From Candidatus Veblenbacteria bacterium (lineage in GTDB: Bacteria; Patescibacteriota; Patescibacteriia; Veblenbacterales; UBA10138), in NCBI GenBank assembly GCA_030700105.1, contig JAUYKG010000004.1:1-44774 (forward strand): DNA of 44,774 bases, given 5' to 3'. Positions within the stretch are counted from its first letter, which is position 1, and every line of letters starts with the position of its first letter. The notes under the pieces are model-generated. The model worked only from the letters and a program-made list of their open reading frames with translations. It did no database searches and was not told the origin of the DNA. Below, in pieces: positions 8,989-18,573 of this stretch. The translations under genes were made by a program, and so were the position numbers.

Positions 8989-9094
8989 ATAGGCTCCTCT
9001 CGGTTAAATAATTAGCAACCGCTAGTATAGCAAACCCCCTAAAATAGGGGAAATCCACAGGGTCAAGAGTATGGCCTGGTTCCCTGCCTGATAA

Positions 9095-9631
9095 CTAGTT
9101 CAACTCTAAAAATATATCGTCGCAATCATAGGCGTTCACCCCTGCCTCATTAGGTCCAAAAGAGAACACCGCCGGAGATTCAGTGTGAGCCGTTTGACTG
9201 ACGCAGTTTTCGTACGCCCGGTAATCAGGATCAAAGTAGTACGGATTACCCCAGGGGTCGAGAACCCTATCAATGTACGGCCCCTTCCAACTATCTAGGT
9301 CCTCTTGCGCCCACTCGCAACCATCACCCTGGTCGCCAATAACCGGCGAGGGGATAAGGCCGGCTTGGGTGGTGCTCAAATTTACCTCGGGATTGGCCAC
9401 CTCTTCCGACGGGCAACCGTTCGGCCACTTATAGGTATCGGATTCCAATAGCGCTATGGCGTTACGCAGTGAACGCAAATCCGCTTGCGCTCGCGTGGTG
9501 TACGAACGTTGGCGAGCAACGTTCATGGCTACCACGCCCATGGTGGCTAAGACGCCAATGATGCCTATGACCACTAAAACCTCGATGAGCGTGAATCCTA
9601 CTCCGGTGCGTGGCCGTTTATTATTCGGCAT
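9095..9631 (-). CDS. type IV pilin / GspG-like prepilin (probably also expressed separately)
   Basis: MPNNKRPRTGV-G|FTLIEVLVVIGIIGVLA N-methylation motif; WKGPY, DPWGNPY, SFGPN. Confidence 0.85.
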   Translation of the reverse strand: MPNNKRPRTGVGFTLIEVLVVIGIIGVLATMGVVAMNVARQRSYTTRAQADLRSLRNAIALLESDTYKWPNGCPSEEVANPEVNLSTTQAGLIPSPVIGDQGDGCEWAQEDLDSWKGPYIDRVLDPWGNPYYFDPDYRAYENCVSQTAHTESPAVFSFGPNEAGVNAYDCDDIFLELN

Positions 9632-10180
9632 AGTTGCCTGTAGTGTACCGTGAGTCAAAGTTTCCGACAATCCACTACCCACACGGTACAGGTACAATTC
9701 CTGTTCATGCGCCTCGGCCCGCCAACCCGGCACATGAAAACCATTGGAAATAACCACCGCTCCGGCTTTAAGTTCGACAGCCAACTTGGCTGCCAGCCTG
9801 GGCATCATGGAACCAATACCGAACACCACTACCAGATCGACTTCCGCCAGGTTGGCGGACCAAAAATCCTTAAGCCGGACCGTGGACCAGCCAAGGCCCT
9901 GGCGCCACAAACGCCAGCGCGACCACCATACCAGTAAGGGGTTCACCTCGTACCCGGTAACCTCAAAACCTGCTTGCGCCAGGGCCGCCACTATCCTTCC
10001 GTCGCCCGAACCCAAGTCAACCGCCCGTGCCCCCGGAGCCAGGGCGGCTAACTTCAGTAGCGTGGCCAGCTTACGACGGGAGGTGGGCAAGAACGGCGCA
10101 CCGCCGAACACCGCCACAGGCAACACCAGGGCGAGAAATACCAAAATCCCCAACGTCGCCCAATGAACGGCGCTGAACAT
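9095..10180 (-). CDS. TM-anchored class I SAM-dependent methyltransferase reading in frame into a pilin
   Basis: GAPFLPT, VDLGSGDGRIV, GYEVNP, VISNGF; no stop codon before the pilin domain. Confidence 0.7.
   Translation of the reverse strand: MFSAVHWATLGILVFLALVLPVAVFGGAPFLPTSRRKLATLLKLAALAPGARAVDLGSGDGRIVAALAQAGFEVTGYEVNPLLVWWSRWRLWRQGLGWSTVRLKDFWSANLAEVDLVVVFGIGSMMPRLAAKLAVELKAGAVVISNGFHVPGWRAEAHEQELYLYRVGSGLSETLTHGTLQATMPNNKRPRTGVGFTLIEVLVVIGIIGVLATMGVVAMNVARQRSYTTRAQADLRSLRNAIALLESDTYKWPNGCPSEEVANPEVNLSTTQAGLIPSPVIGDQGDGCEWAQEDLDSWKGPYIDRVLDPWGNPYYFDPDYRAYENCVSQTAHTESPAVFSFGPNEAGVNAYDCDDIFLELN
9642..9670 (-). promoter_or_regulatory. internal sigma70 promoter for the pilin
   Basis: TTGTCG (9670-9665)-17 nt-TACACT (9647-9642), 10 nt before ATG 9631. 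Confidence 0.6.
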
Positions 10181-10209
10181 ATCACGCTCGGCGGCGAGGG
10201 CTTAGGCTG

Positions 10210-10818
10210 TTATGATTTAAATTTAAAACTTGCCACCACCTGCTCAAAAATATCCTCGGCGCTGGCACTCGCAGCTGGAGTTACCAAAATAAGCCGGAAC
10301 GTTTTACCCGCTGTACTGAACTGGTACTCAACAACCGCTTGCCCATCGCCGCCTGCGTTCTGGCGCTTCCCGGCGTACCGGCTGGCCGACTCTCCTCCCA
10401 CGGTAGCCACGGACTTTGTTAACCCACCCACGGCGTCAGCGTAATCAGCCAACGGCCGTTCCGATACCTCAATTACTATCTGCCCCAGATATTCGCTCCC
10501 CAGACCAGGTAGCGGCTTGGAATCGATAATAAAGTAATCAACAACACCCTCGTTACTCCCGGTAATCTCGTTCTTGATATAGTGACGCCAGTACCAATTG
10601 TCCGGCCGCAAGATGGTGTACCCCTGCACACGGTTCTCGTACGCTACGAATTTTACGCCCACTAAGTCTTCCCCCTCGCCCGAACCTGCCGCAGGCTCGT
10701 TCGTAGCAGGTGAGGTGGATTCTGGGTATACCGGAGCCACAGGTTCGGGCGCACAACGCCCGCCAACAAGAATAAGGGCCGCGCCCAAGGTAACCGCCAA
10801 CAAATAGTGTCGGGACAT
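10210..10818 (-). CDS. secreted/lipoprotein-like hypothetical protein (PsbP-like C-terminus)
   Basis: Signal peptide ending GGRC; Y.N...GY....P.NW; F.QVVASFKF. Confidence 0.7.
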   Translation of the reverse strand: MSRHYLLAVTLGAALILVGGRCAPEPVAPVYPESTSPATNEPAAGSGEGEDLVGVKFVAYENRVQGYTILRPDNWYWRHYIKNEITGSNEGVVDYFIIDSKPLPGLGSEYLGQIVIEVSERPLADYADAVGGLTKSVATVGGESASRYAGKRQNAGGDGQAVVEYQFSTAGKTFRLILVTPAASASAEDIFEQVVASFKFKS

Positions 10819-10902
10819 ATAGATGATTTCCTTTCTAATTTCCAGCATAGCAGAAAAACAGGGCTAAGGTAAACGGTGCCCCACTCTCCATGCTCACGGC
10901 AG

Positions 10903-13113
10903 CTATGTTAGCTTTACCCGACGCAAGCGCAAGGCGTTCACCACCACAGACACGCTCGAGAAGGCCATGGCCAGAGCGCTCACTTTCGGATTCAGGAAGC
11001 CGAGAGCCGCCACAGGAATTCCAACGGTGTTATACACAAAGGCCCAAAATAAATTCTGCTTAATGTTCGTGAGCGTGGCCCGAGACAGCATAATGGCTTC
11101 GCTGGCTTTATGGAGATCACCCTTCACGAGCACGATATCTCCGGATTCCATGGCAATGTCCGTGCCGGTACCAAGTGCTATGCCCACATCGGCCTGAGCC
11201 AAGGCTGGTGAATCATTAATACCATCCCCCACCATCGCCACCACTTCACCTTGCTCCTGCAGCGCTTTGATTACAGCTACCTTGTCAGCCGGCAGCACTT
11301 CCGCCCTAACCTCCTTAATACCAACCTGCCGCGCGATTTCCTTTGCCACTGGCAAAGTGTCGCCGGTTAACATTATGGTTGTAATACCCATCTTGGTACA
11401 GGCAGCCACCGCCGCGGCTGAGGAAGGCTTTAATTTATCTTGAATGGCAAAAAACCCAAGCAGTACCTCATCCTTGGCCGCCACAACCACAGTGTACCCA
11501 CGCCCGGCGTACTCCTGAATCTTGTCGTTTTGCACCCCCGCCACACCGGCGGCCTGCAAAAAACGCGCGCTGCCAACGCGATACGTGCTACCAGATGAAT
11601 AGCCAACGATGCCGCGACCAGGCTCTGCCTTCACTTCGCTTATCAAGACGCCCCGTGCCAAGCCCTCGCGCTTACCCCACGCCACAATAGCTCCTGCCAA
11701 AGGGTGTTCGCTCTGCGCCTCCAGCGAAATAATTTGCGCCAAGTGCTCCCGCGCCCTTGGCGTAAGCTCCACCCAGGCGGTAACTTCCGGCTCGCCGCGT
11801 GTGAGCGTGCCGGTCTTATCGAACACCATGGCAGTAACCCGCTTTAACTTCTCCAGTACTTCAGCACGCTTGATAAGCACCCCCGCCCGTGCCCCGCGCC
11901 CGGTACCCACCACCAACGAAATAGGCGTCGCCAACCCCAGGGCGCAGGGGCAGGCAATAATGAGCACTGCCACCGTGGCCACAAAAGCGGGCGGCAAAGC
12001 GCCGTCCTTTGCATACCAAACCAGGAAGGTTAGTGCCGCCACTGTGAGAACACCCCACACAAAGTACTGCGACACGCGATCTACCAACTTTTGAATGGGC
12101 GCTTTGGACATTTGCGCTTCCTGCACCAAGCGGACAATATGAGCCAGCATGGTGTCGGCCCCGATTTTCTGCGCCCGCATGACAAAGACGCTACTGCTGT
12201 TGATGGTACCACCAATAACAGCGCCTCCAACCGAACGATCTACCGGCATGCTCTCACCGGTAATCATAGATTCATTCAATGTGGCAGTACCCTCCACAAC
12301 CACTCCATCGGTAGGCACCTGCTCACCCGGCTTCACTACCAACAGATCACCGATGTGAACCTCGGCGGTGGGGATATCCTGCACCTCACCTTCCAAGCCA
12401 CGGCGGTGCGCTATCTTAGGAGCCAACTGCAAGAGCTCACGGATGGCGGACGAGGCCTTGCCTTTGGCTCGCGCTTCCAAGTACCTGCCTAAGAGAATAA
12501 AAGTGGTAATAATTCCGACATCCATGAAGTACTCATCGCCGCCAAGTAAAAACAGGATTACCGCGCCGGAGTACAAAAAGGCCGCACCGACCCCCAGGGC
12601 AACCAGGGTGTCCATATCCGGTCGGCCGCGCAACAAGGCGGGCAACCCAGCTTGAAAAAACTCGCGCCCGGCGTAGAGCACACCCAGGGCTAGGAGCAAC
12701 ATAAGCATATCTGCTGAGGGCACCTCCACCATACCCAGTGCCACGATTGCTAGCGTGAGCACCCCCGCCGCGAGCACTTTGTGAAAACGGCGCGTTATTG
12801 CGCTCTCCCCTTCGACCGCTACGTGAGCGGTATGGTCTGGAACGCCACCACCAGTATCGTGCTCATGTCGGTGTCCGGGATTGTTTACCTCGCTACCGAT
12901 TGGCTCCGCATGATAGCCAGCCTTGGCCACCGCGGCCGTGATGTTCTCCAAATTCAGGACTGTATCATCGTAGCTCACCCTACCTTGCTCTAGCACCAGG
13001 TTCACGCTTACCTCCTGAACCCCACGAAGCGCCTTAAGATCGTCCTCAATATGCGCCACACAGCTGGCACAGTTCATACCATGAATACGTAATTGCACAG
13101 TCTGGATAGCCAT
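10903..13113 (-). CDS. copA: Cu(+)-translocating P1B-type ATPase
   Basis: GMNCASC HMA domain, TGES, CPCALGLA, DKTGTLT, SEHPL, GDGIND, YN and MAFSS motifs. Confidence 0.95.
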   Translation of the reverse strand: MAIQTVQLRIHGMNCASCVAHIEDDLKALRGVQEVSVNLVLEQGRVSYDDTVLNLENITAAVAKAGYHAEPIGSEVNNPGHRHEHDTGGGVPDHTAHVAVEGESAITRRFHKVLAAGVLTLAIVALGMVEVPSADMLMLLLALGVLYAGREFFQAGLPALLRGRPDMDTLVALGVGAAFLYSGAVILFLLGGDEYFMDVGIITTFILLGRYLEARAKGKASSAIRELLQLAPKIAHRRGLEGEVQDIPTAEVHIGDLLVVKPGEQVPTDGVVVEGTATLNESMITGESMPVDRSVGGAVIGGTINSSSVFVMRAQKIGADTMLAHIVRLVQEAQMSKAPIQKLVDRVSQYFVWGVLTVAALTFLVWYAKDGALPPAFVATVAVLIIACPCALGLATPISLVVGTGRGARAGVLIKRAEVLEKLKRVTAMVFDKTGTLTRGEPEVTAWVELTPRAREHLAQIISLEAQSEHPLAGAIVAWGKREGLARGVLISEVKAEPGRGIVGYSSGSTYRVGSARFLQAAGVAGVQNDKIQEYAGRGYTVVVAAKDEVLLGFFAIQDKLKPSSAAAVAACTKMGITTIMLTGDTLPVAKEIARQVGIKEVRAEVLPADKVAVIKALQEQGEVVAMVGDGINDSPALAQADVGIALGTGTDIAMESGDIVLVKGDLHKASEAIMLSRATLTNIKQNLFWAFVYNTVGIPVAALGFLNPKVSALAMAFSSVSVVVNALRLRRVKLT

Positions 13114-13150
13114 AGGGTATTAGTTTAGGTAGAAATCAAAGAGTTAGCAG

Positions 13151-14548
13151 CTACGGCCCAACGACCGACACGGTAACCGGCGCCGCCCGCGCTTCACCCT
13201 CAGCTGGCAACACGGTAAAGCTACCGGTATACATGCCCATAGCGCAGTGAAAGGGAAGCTGACCAGCGCCTTGGGGTGTGAACTCAACCACGTTCAGGCC
13301 TGGTTTAATGTACTTGGTAAGATTGAGGGCTGGGAACTGTAAAACGCTCTGGCAGCCGTAGGTATTAACACCCTGAATCTCCCAGCGCACCGGCACACCA
13401 GCGCGAACAGTGAACCGATTGGGCGAATAGCCACGCGCCACCACATCCATCGCCACCACCTGTACGCCGTTCTCTAGGCGTACGTTAGGATCGGCAACCT
13501 CTACACCTTGCCGGCTTAGGGTAATTTTAAAGTTCTCCCGCACGGTGGCAGCCTTGGCCGAGAGCCCGGTTAAGGTAAGGCCAAAGCCCAGGTTCATGAA
13601 CCCGAGCGCTACCACGGCCGCACCCGCCACCATGGCCACTGCCTGTTGCCATCGTCCTTTCAGAAACGACGTCACAGCACCCAAACCAACCAAAGCCGGT
13701 AAGGTGCCGAGCGAAAACACCAGCATAGTTAAAGCTCCTGCCGCGGCATCCCCACGCGTTAACACGTAGAGCTGGAGCGCTTGGGTAAACCCGCAGGGTA
13801 GGAAGAATGTACCGGCTCCCAAGAGAAAAGGTGCCCACGGTCGGGGGTTACCGGCGGCATCATGCAAACGGTGCGCAATGAACTTGGGAGGACGCAAGGT
13901 AACGCGGGCCAAGCTGGGGAATAGATTGAGCAAGCGGAAACCAAGGAAGACCATGGCCAAGCTAGCCAGTAAGGTAATTGTGCCGCTCCACACTGGTGAG
14001 AGCGCCAAGGCCGAGCCCAAGAGCCCGACCGCCCCACCCAAAATACCATACGAAAATACGCGGCCGATATTAAAGAATACATGCGGTCTGAACTTTTGCC
14101 AGCCCGTAGCCTCGGGGTGAGCTTGCGCATGAGCGGTGGACAATGCCACCAGCAACCCGCCAGTTACGGCAATGCAACTTGAGACCGCGGCCACCAGGCC
14201 CATCACGAACACCACACCCAAGGAAAGGTCTTCGCCCGTGCTTATATTCGGCACCAGGCTGAACTTACGGAACAGTACATAGGTAGCCACGATAATAAGC
14301 GCGATACCACCCAAACGCCTCAAACTAAACTTGTTCGCGCCCAGACCGACCTGTACCCGATACCCGTGCGGGGCTAAGCGTTCATTAGCAGCTATGAGAT
14401 TGGGTTCATCTTGCCCCCACACCTCAACGTACCCCGACTGGTAGGCCTTCACGCGCGCCACCGATGGATCGTGCTTAAACGCCCGCTCCACCAGTACCTC
14501 GCAGGCCGCGCAATGCATGCCTTGAACTTGATATGTTCGTTTTGGCAT
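13151..14548 (-). CDS. HMA + DsbD_2/TauE-like membrane domain + cupredoxin-like domain protein
   Basis: GMHCAAC; SSCIAVTGG, FNIGR, FLPCGFTQ; GYSPNRF...GVPVRW...GC...F.CAMGMY. Confidence 0.85.
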   Translation of the reverse strand: MPKRTYQVQGMHCAACEVLVERAFKHDPSVARVKAYQSGYVEVWGQDEPNLIAANERLAPHGYRVQVGLGANKFSLRRLGGIALIIVATYVLFRKFSLVPNISTGEDLSLGVVFVMGLVAAVSSCIAVTGGLLVALSTAHAQAHPEATGWQKFRPHVFFNIGRVFSYGILGGAVGLLGSALALSPVWSGTITLLASLAMVFLGFRLLNLFPSLARVTLRPPKFIAHRLHDAAGNPRPWAPFLLGAGTFFLPCGFTQALQLYVLTRGDAAAGALTMLVFSLGTLPALVGLGAVTSFLKGRWQQAVAMVAGAAVVALGFMNLGFGLTLTGLSAKAATVRENFKITLSRQGVEVADPNVRLENGVQVVAMDVVARGYSPNRFTVRAGVPVRWEIQGVNTYGCQSVLQFPALNLTKYIKPGLNVVEFTPQGAGQLPFHCAMGMYTGSFTVLPAEGEARAAPVTVSVVGP

Positions 14549-14551
14549 AAG

Positions 14552-15004
14552 CTAGTGCTGGTGATTTTTAAATTCTCTGGCGCAACCCGTACCGCAAAAG
14601 TAGTACGTGCGCTTACCAACCTTGACATGGCCGGCGGCTGATACGGGTGTTAAGCGCATGCCGCACATCGGATCCTTCACCACGGTGAGTAGGGCTGTCG
14701 CGCGGGCGGCAGCGCCGCCCATGTTCTGAATTAATACCTCACGTATCGCGTCCGAAGCGCGCATGAAATTCGGGTGTGCCAAACGGTAGTACATCGCCTT
14801 CCCATTCCGCTCTGCTCGCACCACTCCGAACTTCCGCAACACCATAAGGTGTTGCGATAGGTTGGCCTGCCTAAGCCCCAACATACGCTCCATATCGGAA
14901 ACGGTTAGCCGCCCCTGGCGTAGTAGGTGAATAACCTCCAAACGCTTGGAGTTGGCTAGAGCTTTAAGTAACCCGGCATGCTTGCGGAAAACGACTTGAT
15001 ACAT
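14552..15004 (-). CDS. ArsR/SmtB family regulator with C-terminal YHS (TRASH) domain
   Basis: LKALANSKRLE...QANLSQHL..LR..G.V; DPMCGM...YYFCG.GC. Confidence 0.9.
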   Translation of the reverse strand: MYQVVFRKHAGLLKALANSKRLEVIHLLRQGRLTVSDMERMLGLRQANLSQHLMVLRKFGVVRAERNGKAMYYRLAHPNFMRASDAIREVLIQNMGGAAARATALLTVVKDPMCGMRLTPVSAAGHVKVGKRTYYFCGTGCAREFKNHQH

Positions 15005-15044
15005 ATTCAATCATCAGAATACATTGCCGAGCCGACAATGTCAA
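15001..15044 (-). promoter_or_regulatory. promoter-operator 1 of the metal locus
   Basis: TTGACA-17-TATTCT overlapping the imperfect palindrome ACATATTCAATCATCAGAATACATT. Confidence 0.75.
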
Positions 15045-15135
15045 GACTTGGTCCAAATTAATACTCGTCTTTATCTCACGAAAGAGTTGAGTTGGGGTGG
15101 GAGGTACACGAACTAGGTCGCAACCACCCTATGTA

Positions 15136-15399
15136 TCAGCTGCCCAAGCACTGCTGATATTGATCTGGGTGATGGCTCATATGTTCGCGCCATTCCTCAT
15201 CCGTGTAACCAGCAGGTGTAGCGCATGGATTTGATGGATCCTCGGCCTGCTTCGCCTGGGTATAGTTGAGCGGCTGACCACCAAGTGTACCGAGAGTGTT
15301 CAAATTCCCCCAATTCTGCCACCCCTGGAGTACCCAGACTGTTCCAAGTACGAGCACCAAACTCAGAAGTGAGAATAATATTTTTTCAACCTTTGACAT
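15136..15399 (-). CDS. small TM protein with C-terminal Cys/His/Met motif
   Basis: 87 aa; C.TP.GY....WREHMSHHP..Y..CL. Confidence 0.75.
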   Translation of the reverse strand: MSKVEKILFSLLSLVLVLGTVWVLQGWQNWGNLNTLGTLGGQPLNYTQAKQAEDPSNPCATPAGYTDEEWREHMSHHPDQYQQCLGS

Positions 15400-15404
15400 A
15401 TGAG

Positions 15405-16220
15405 TTAAGGAGATGATGTATTAGGTTGAGCTATTACCGCGCGCTGTAACTGTAGATCGTAGTAAGTACCCATCAACCTTACGCCATCACGCAGAATGTA
15501 CGTGCCGTCATCTTCCTTGCTACCCACCTGCGGCCATACTTCTTGTAACCCTGGGTAAACCCCTAGATCTCCTACTAAGATAATCGTAGGTAGGTAACGG
15601 ATCTTGTACTGCTGAATCAATTCTTGACCCTCAGAACTTTCAGCCGTTACTACCTTATCTTCTGTGACATTCACACCCAGGTTCTTAAGTGCTCCAGCGT
15701 TCCCCGTAACATCATAACAGCCACTGCAGTTTGAGCTAGCGAGGTAGGTAGCACGAAAGATCCCGCGTACCTTATCGCTGGTTACCTCATGGTAAGGGGC
15801 TGGCACAGCGTAGTTAAACTGGCTCTCACCCCGCGTACTGGTCTGCGTTAGGAATTGCTCAAGCCCGGAACTGCGTGAGGTTTCTCCACTTACCACTACT
15901 GCGGGGAAACGCTCCAACTTTTGCTCTGCTAAGTAGCGTTTACCCTCTTCTGTGGTACCGTCAATCTGTTTGATAGTACTAAATACCACCTGTTGCTTCT
16001 GCAATGCATCAAGGAAGGGCTGTGTACTGGTACAGGTGGGGCAGGTACCATCTGCTACCACAACCACGTCCAGCCGAGCGGGACGAACCGACTCTTGCTG
16101 CGTGCTCACACGTGCCACAACCGTAGGCACGTTATTTAGCAAAGTCGCCAACCGTACCCCCGCCAGTACAATAAGTCCGTCGAGCACTGCCACGAGAACT
16201 ACATTAGATAGCCACTTCAT
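15405..16220 (-). CDS. membrane-anchored tandem thioredoxin-like (2x CxxC) protein
   Basis: N-terminal TM; CPTC...FPAVV and CSGC...LPTII repeats; start ATG 16220. Confidence 0.7.
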   Translation of the reverse strand: MKWLSNVVLVAVLDGLIVLAGVRLATLLNNVPTVVARVSTQQESVRPARLDVVVVADGTCPTCTSTQPFLDALQKQQVVFSTIKQIDGTTEEGKRYLAEQKLERFPAVVVSGETSRSSGLEQFLTQTSTRGESQFNYAVPAPYHEVTSDKVRGIFRATYLASSNCSGCYDVTGNAGALKNLGVNVTEDKVVTAESSEGQELIQQYKIRYLPTIILVGDLGVYPGLQEVWPQVGSKEDDGTYILRDGVRLMGTYYDLQLQRAVIAQPNTSSP

Positions 16221-16231
16221 ACACGGCGTGT

Positions 16232-16543
16232 TTAACAACCACCCACCTGGGATGGCAGCTCTGTTCCGCCTGAGACTGGCGCTGGGGCGGCGACGGCAGT
16301 GGGAGCACCCGCAGCTGGTAGTGTCTGCCAAGTGCCCAAAGCCTGGTGGAGGCGTGTAAGTTCAATGGTTTCAAACACCGATATAACCAAGAGCATGGCG
16401 AGCGCAGATACGACGAGCGTCTGGCGGTTTACCTTAAATGAGATTACGCCGCTCTCGGCAGGTACCGAGATACTAACTTCTGATTCAACTGAGACCTCTG
16501 GCTGTGGCGTTTGGTCTTCGTGAGTATGGTGATGAGTAATCAT
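16232..16543 (-). CDS. hypothetical single-TM protein with His-rich N-terminus and C-terminal LPSQVGGC
   Basis: 103 aa ORF in the operon. Confidence 0.7.
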   Translation of the reverse strand: MITHHHTHEDQTPQPEVSVESEVSISVPAESGVISFKVNRQTLVVSALAMLLVISVFETIELTRLHQALGTWQTLPAAGAPTAVAAPAPVSGGTELPSQVGGC

Positions 16544-16581
16544 AGGTTTGGTAAATTTAGAGAAAAAGAATTAAGGAATTA

Positions 16582-17223
16582 CTAGCAACCACCTACCTGG
16601 GACGGGAGCGAACCTGATGCGCTGGCAGGCTGAGCGGAAACCGAGCCGCCCTTCTGCGCCGTAGGACCAGGGAAGAAGGCAGCTTTCCATCTATTCACCT
16701 CGCTGAGTATTTCAACATCGGTCATCTCGGGGTACTGCTGTAATAAATAGAGAGCTACCCCTCGCATGGCAGCTGAGTGTGCACAGCCACAAGCGGGTTT
16801 ACCATCTGGAAACACCAGCGTTGTCGCACCGCAGCAAAACTCACAGGAAGTCTGGCTAGCGATAGAAATGTAGCGCTGCTGGAGATCACCAGTTAAGGTG
16901 ATCGCTCCGGAACCACGGTCAAAGTTCTCTAAGATGGGCATGGCGGCGGCGGCATCATCGAAATTCACCCCGAGTTCTGCACCGTAGCGTTCTGGCATAC
17001 CGTGGGGAAGCATATCCGCACCAGCGGTAGTGCTCCCACTATAAGGTGATGCCACAGCGGTCGAACTACTATTTCCCGCGGCTACCGCCGCAGCTGGTAA
17101 TAAATTATGCATTGCTACCATGTGCCATTGATTCAGCAAGAGTAACCCACCGGCCACGAGCAAGAGGATTAGCTCCAGGCTCCGACCAACTGTGTGCTGT
17201 AATAAAGAATATTTCATGGACAT
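16582..17223 (-). CDS. exported Cys-rich protein (CEFCC / CGCAH) with C-terminal LPSQVGGC
   Basis: 213 aa; N-terminal TM, Ala/Ser linker, Cys cluster. Confidence 0.8.
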   Translation of the reverse strand: MSMKYSLLQHTVGRSLELILLLVAGGLLLLNQWHMVAMHNLLPAAAVAAGNSSSTAVASPYSGSTTAGADMLPHGMPERYGAELGVNFDDAAAAMPILENFDRGSGAITLTGDLQQRYISIASQTSCEFCCGATTLVFPDGKPACGCAHSAAMRGVALYLLQQYPEMTDVEILSEVNRWKAAFFPGPTAQKGGSVSAQPASASGSLPSQVGGC

Positions 17224-17247
17224 AAGTAAGGTAATTAACGATTAGAA

Positions 17248-17775
17248 TTACTCATTGCAGCAATCGACCAGTTTGCTGACAATGTCTTCTTTACTCCAAG
17301 GTATCGCTGTTTTACCAGCGTCATGGATATTGAGCTGCTGTACACCGACCTTTTTTACACCTGATAGATCAATGAGTTTCAAGCGCAAAGCCCAGAACAG
17401 CGAGTACACTTCATAAGCTCTATCGAACATGAGTTTAGCCTCGTCGGTTTTGCCATCCGAATGTAATTTGGTGCCAACCTCCATGAGGCGCATAGTGGCG
17501 GCCAAGAGGTGCTTGGCTATGCACCAGGTTTCGCCCTCATTTTGGGGCACCATGCGCGCCAAAAGTGATTTTCTGATTTCCCTGGTTTGACTAAGCAGAT
17601 CAAGGTAAGTTGGCTTATTTGTTTTCTGTGCCGTAAAGAAGAAATGCTCCTCCAGGCTCACCAGGTTCATGATAGCCAGGCTGAGGTCTTCTTCTGTAGA
17701 TAGATCTACGGTGCCAGAAGCTTTCAGTTTGTTAACTTTTTTGATTAGTTCGCTTTGATTAATAATAGTAGTCAT
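17248..17775 (-). CDS. conserved hypothetical helical protein ending DCCNE
   Basis: MNLVSLEEHFFFT, WCIAKHLL, LVDCC; start ATG 17775. Confidence 0.75.
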   Translation of the reverse strand: MTTIINQSELIKKVNKLKASGTVDLSTEEDLSLAIMNLVSLEEHFFFTAQKTNKPTYLDLLSQTREIRKSLLARMVPQNEGETWCIAKHLLAATMRLMEVGTKLHSDGKTDEAKLMFDRAYEVYSLFWALRLKLIDLSGVKKVGVQQLNIHDAGKTAIPWSKEDIVSKLVDCCNE

Positions 17776-17780
17776 AAGTT

Positions 17781-18569
17781 CTACATATAAAAGATAAACA
17801 GACCAAGCAGTACGGTAATTACTCCGCCCCATAGCCTGACCGCATTAAGATTATCTTGTTTCCAAGCCTGCAGTTTTTCCAGCACTGTACGCTGGCCAGC
17901 GAGCAGCAATACAACCACCAAGGGCGACACAAACAGTAAGTTGTACCACAGGAGGTAACCGATTCCGCGCAACTTAGTTTGAGCATCATGGAGCAATCCC
18001 AACACCATGAGGTACGGTCCGCCGGTGCATGGGAACTCGCACAAGCCTACGAGAATCCCGAGGAGGAATACGGCTGGAATCGACGTTTTATGCATCAGTT
18101 CGGCTATCTTGCTGTGGGCCGCACGCGGGATTTGGAGCTTCAATGGAAAGGCTGGGAAAAAGTAGTTAATCAGGTTAATGACGCCTAGACCGATGAGTAA
18201 CAGCGCGCCGAGCCTGCCCATGAAGTGCGGGGTATTGAAGAGGTGGAGAGCCTGTAGGATCCCCAAACCAATAGCAAGGTAAGCCGCGAAGATACCGAAC
18301 AAGTAGGTAGCGCCAATCTGCAGAATACGTACGCGGCTAAAGGTACCTAGGGAAAACAAGAAGGCTATGGTGAGAAGTAGGATGGAGAAGGCACACGGAT
18401 TGATGCTATCAATGAGCGCGGCCAACGAGACCAGGGGAAATAGCTTTGTTCCGCCGGCTGATAGGTTCCAAATAACGGCCGTAGCGCTGCTGGAAGACTT
18501 AAGGAACAGCAGAATGGCGAAGACGACGAGCGCGAGGGCTATGAATAGTGTGAGCTTTCGGTACTTCAT
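17781..18569 (-). CDS. CcdA/DsbD-like transmembrane electron-transfer protein
   Basis: DSINPCAF and EFPCTGGPY paired PC motifs; ~7 TM; start ATG 18569. Confidence 0.82.
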   Translation of the reverse strand: MKYRKLTLFIALALVVFAILLFLKSSSSATAVIWNLSAGGTKLFPLVSLAALIDSINPCAFSILLLTIAFLFSLGTFSRVRILQIGATYLFGIFAAYLAIGLGILQALHLFNTPHFMGRLGALLLIGLGVINLINYFFPAFPLKLQIPRAAHSKIAELMHKTSIPAVFLLGILVGLCEFPCTGGPYLMVLGLLHDAQTKLRGIGYLLWYNLLFVSPLVVVLLLAGQRTVLEKLQAWKQDNLNAVRLWGGVITVLLGLFIFYM

Positions 18570-18573
18570 ACCG

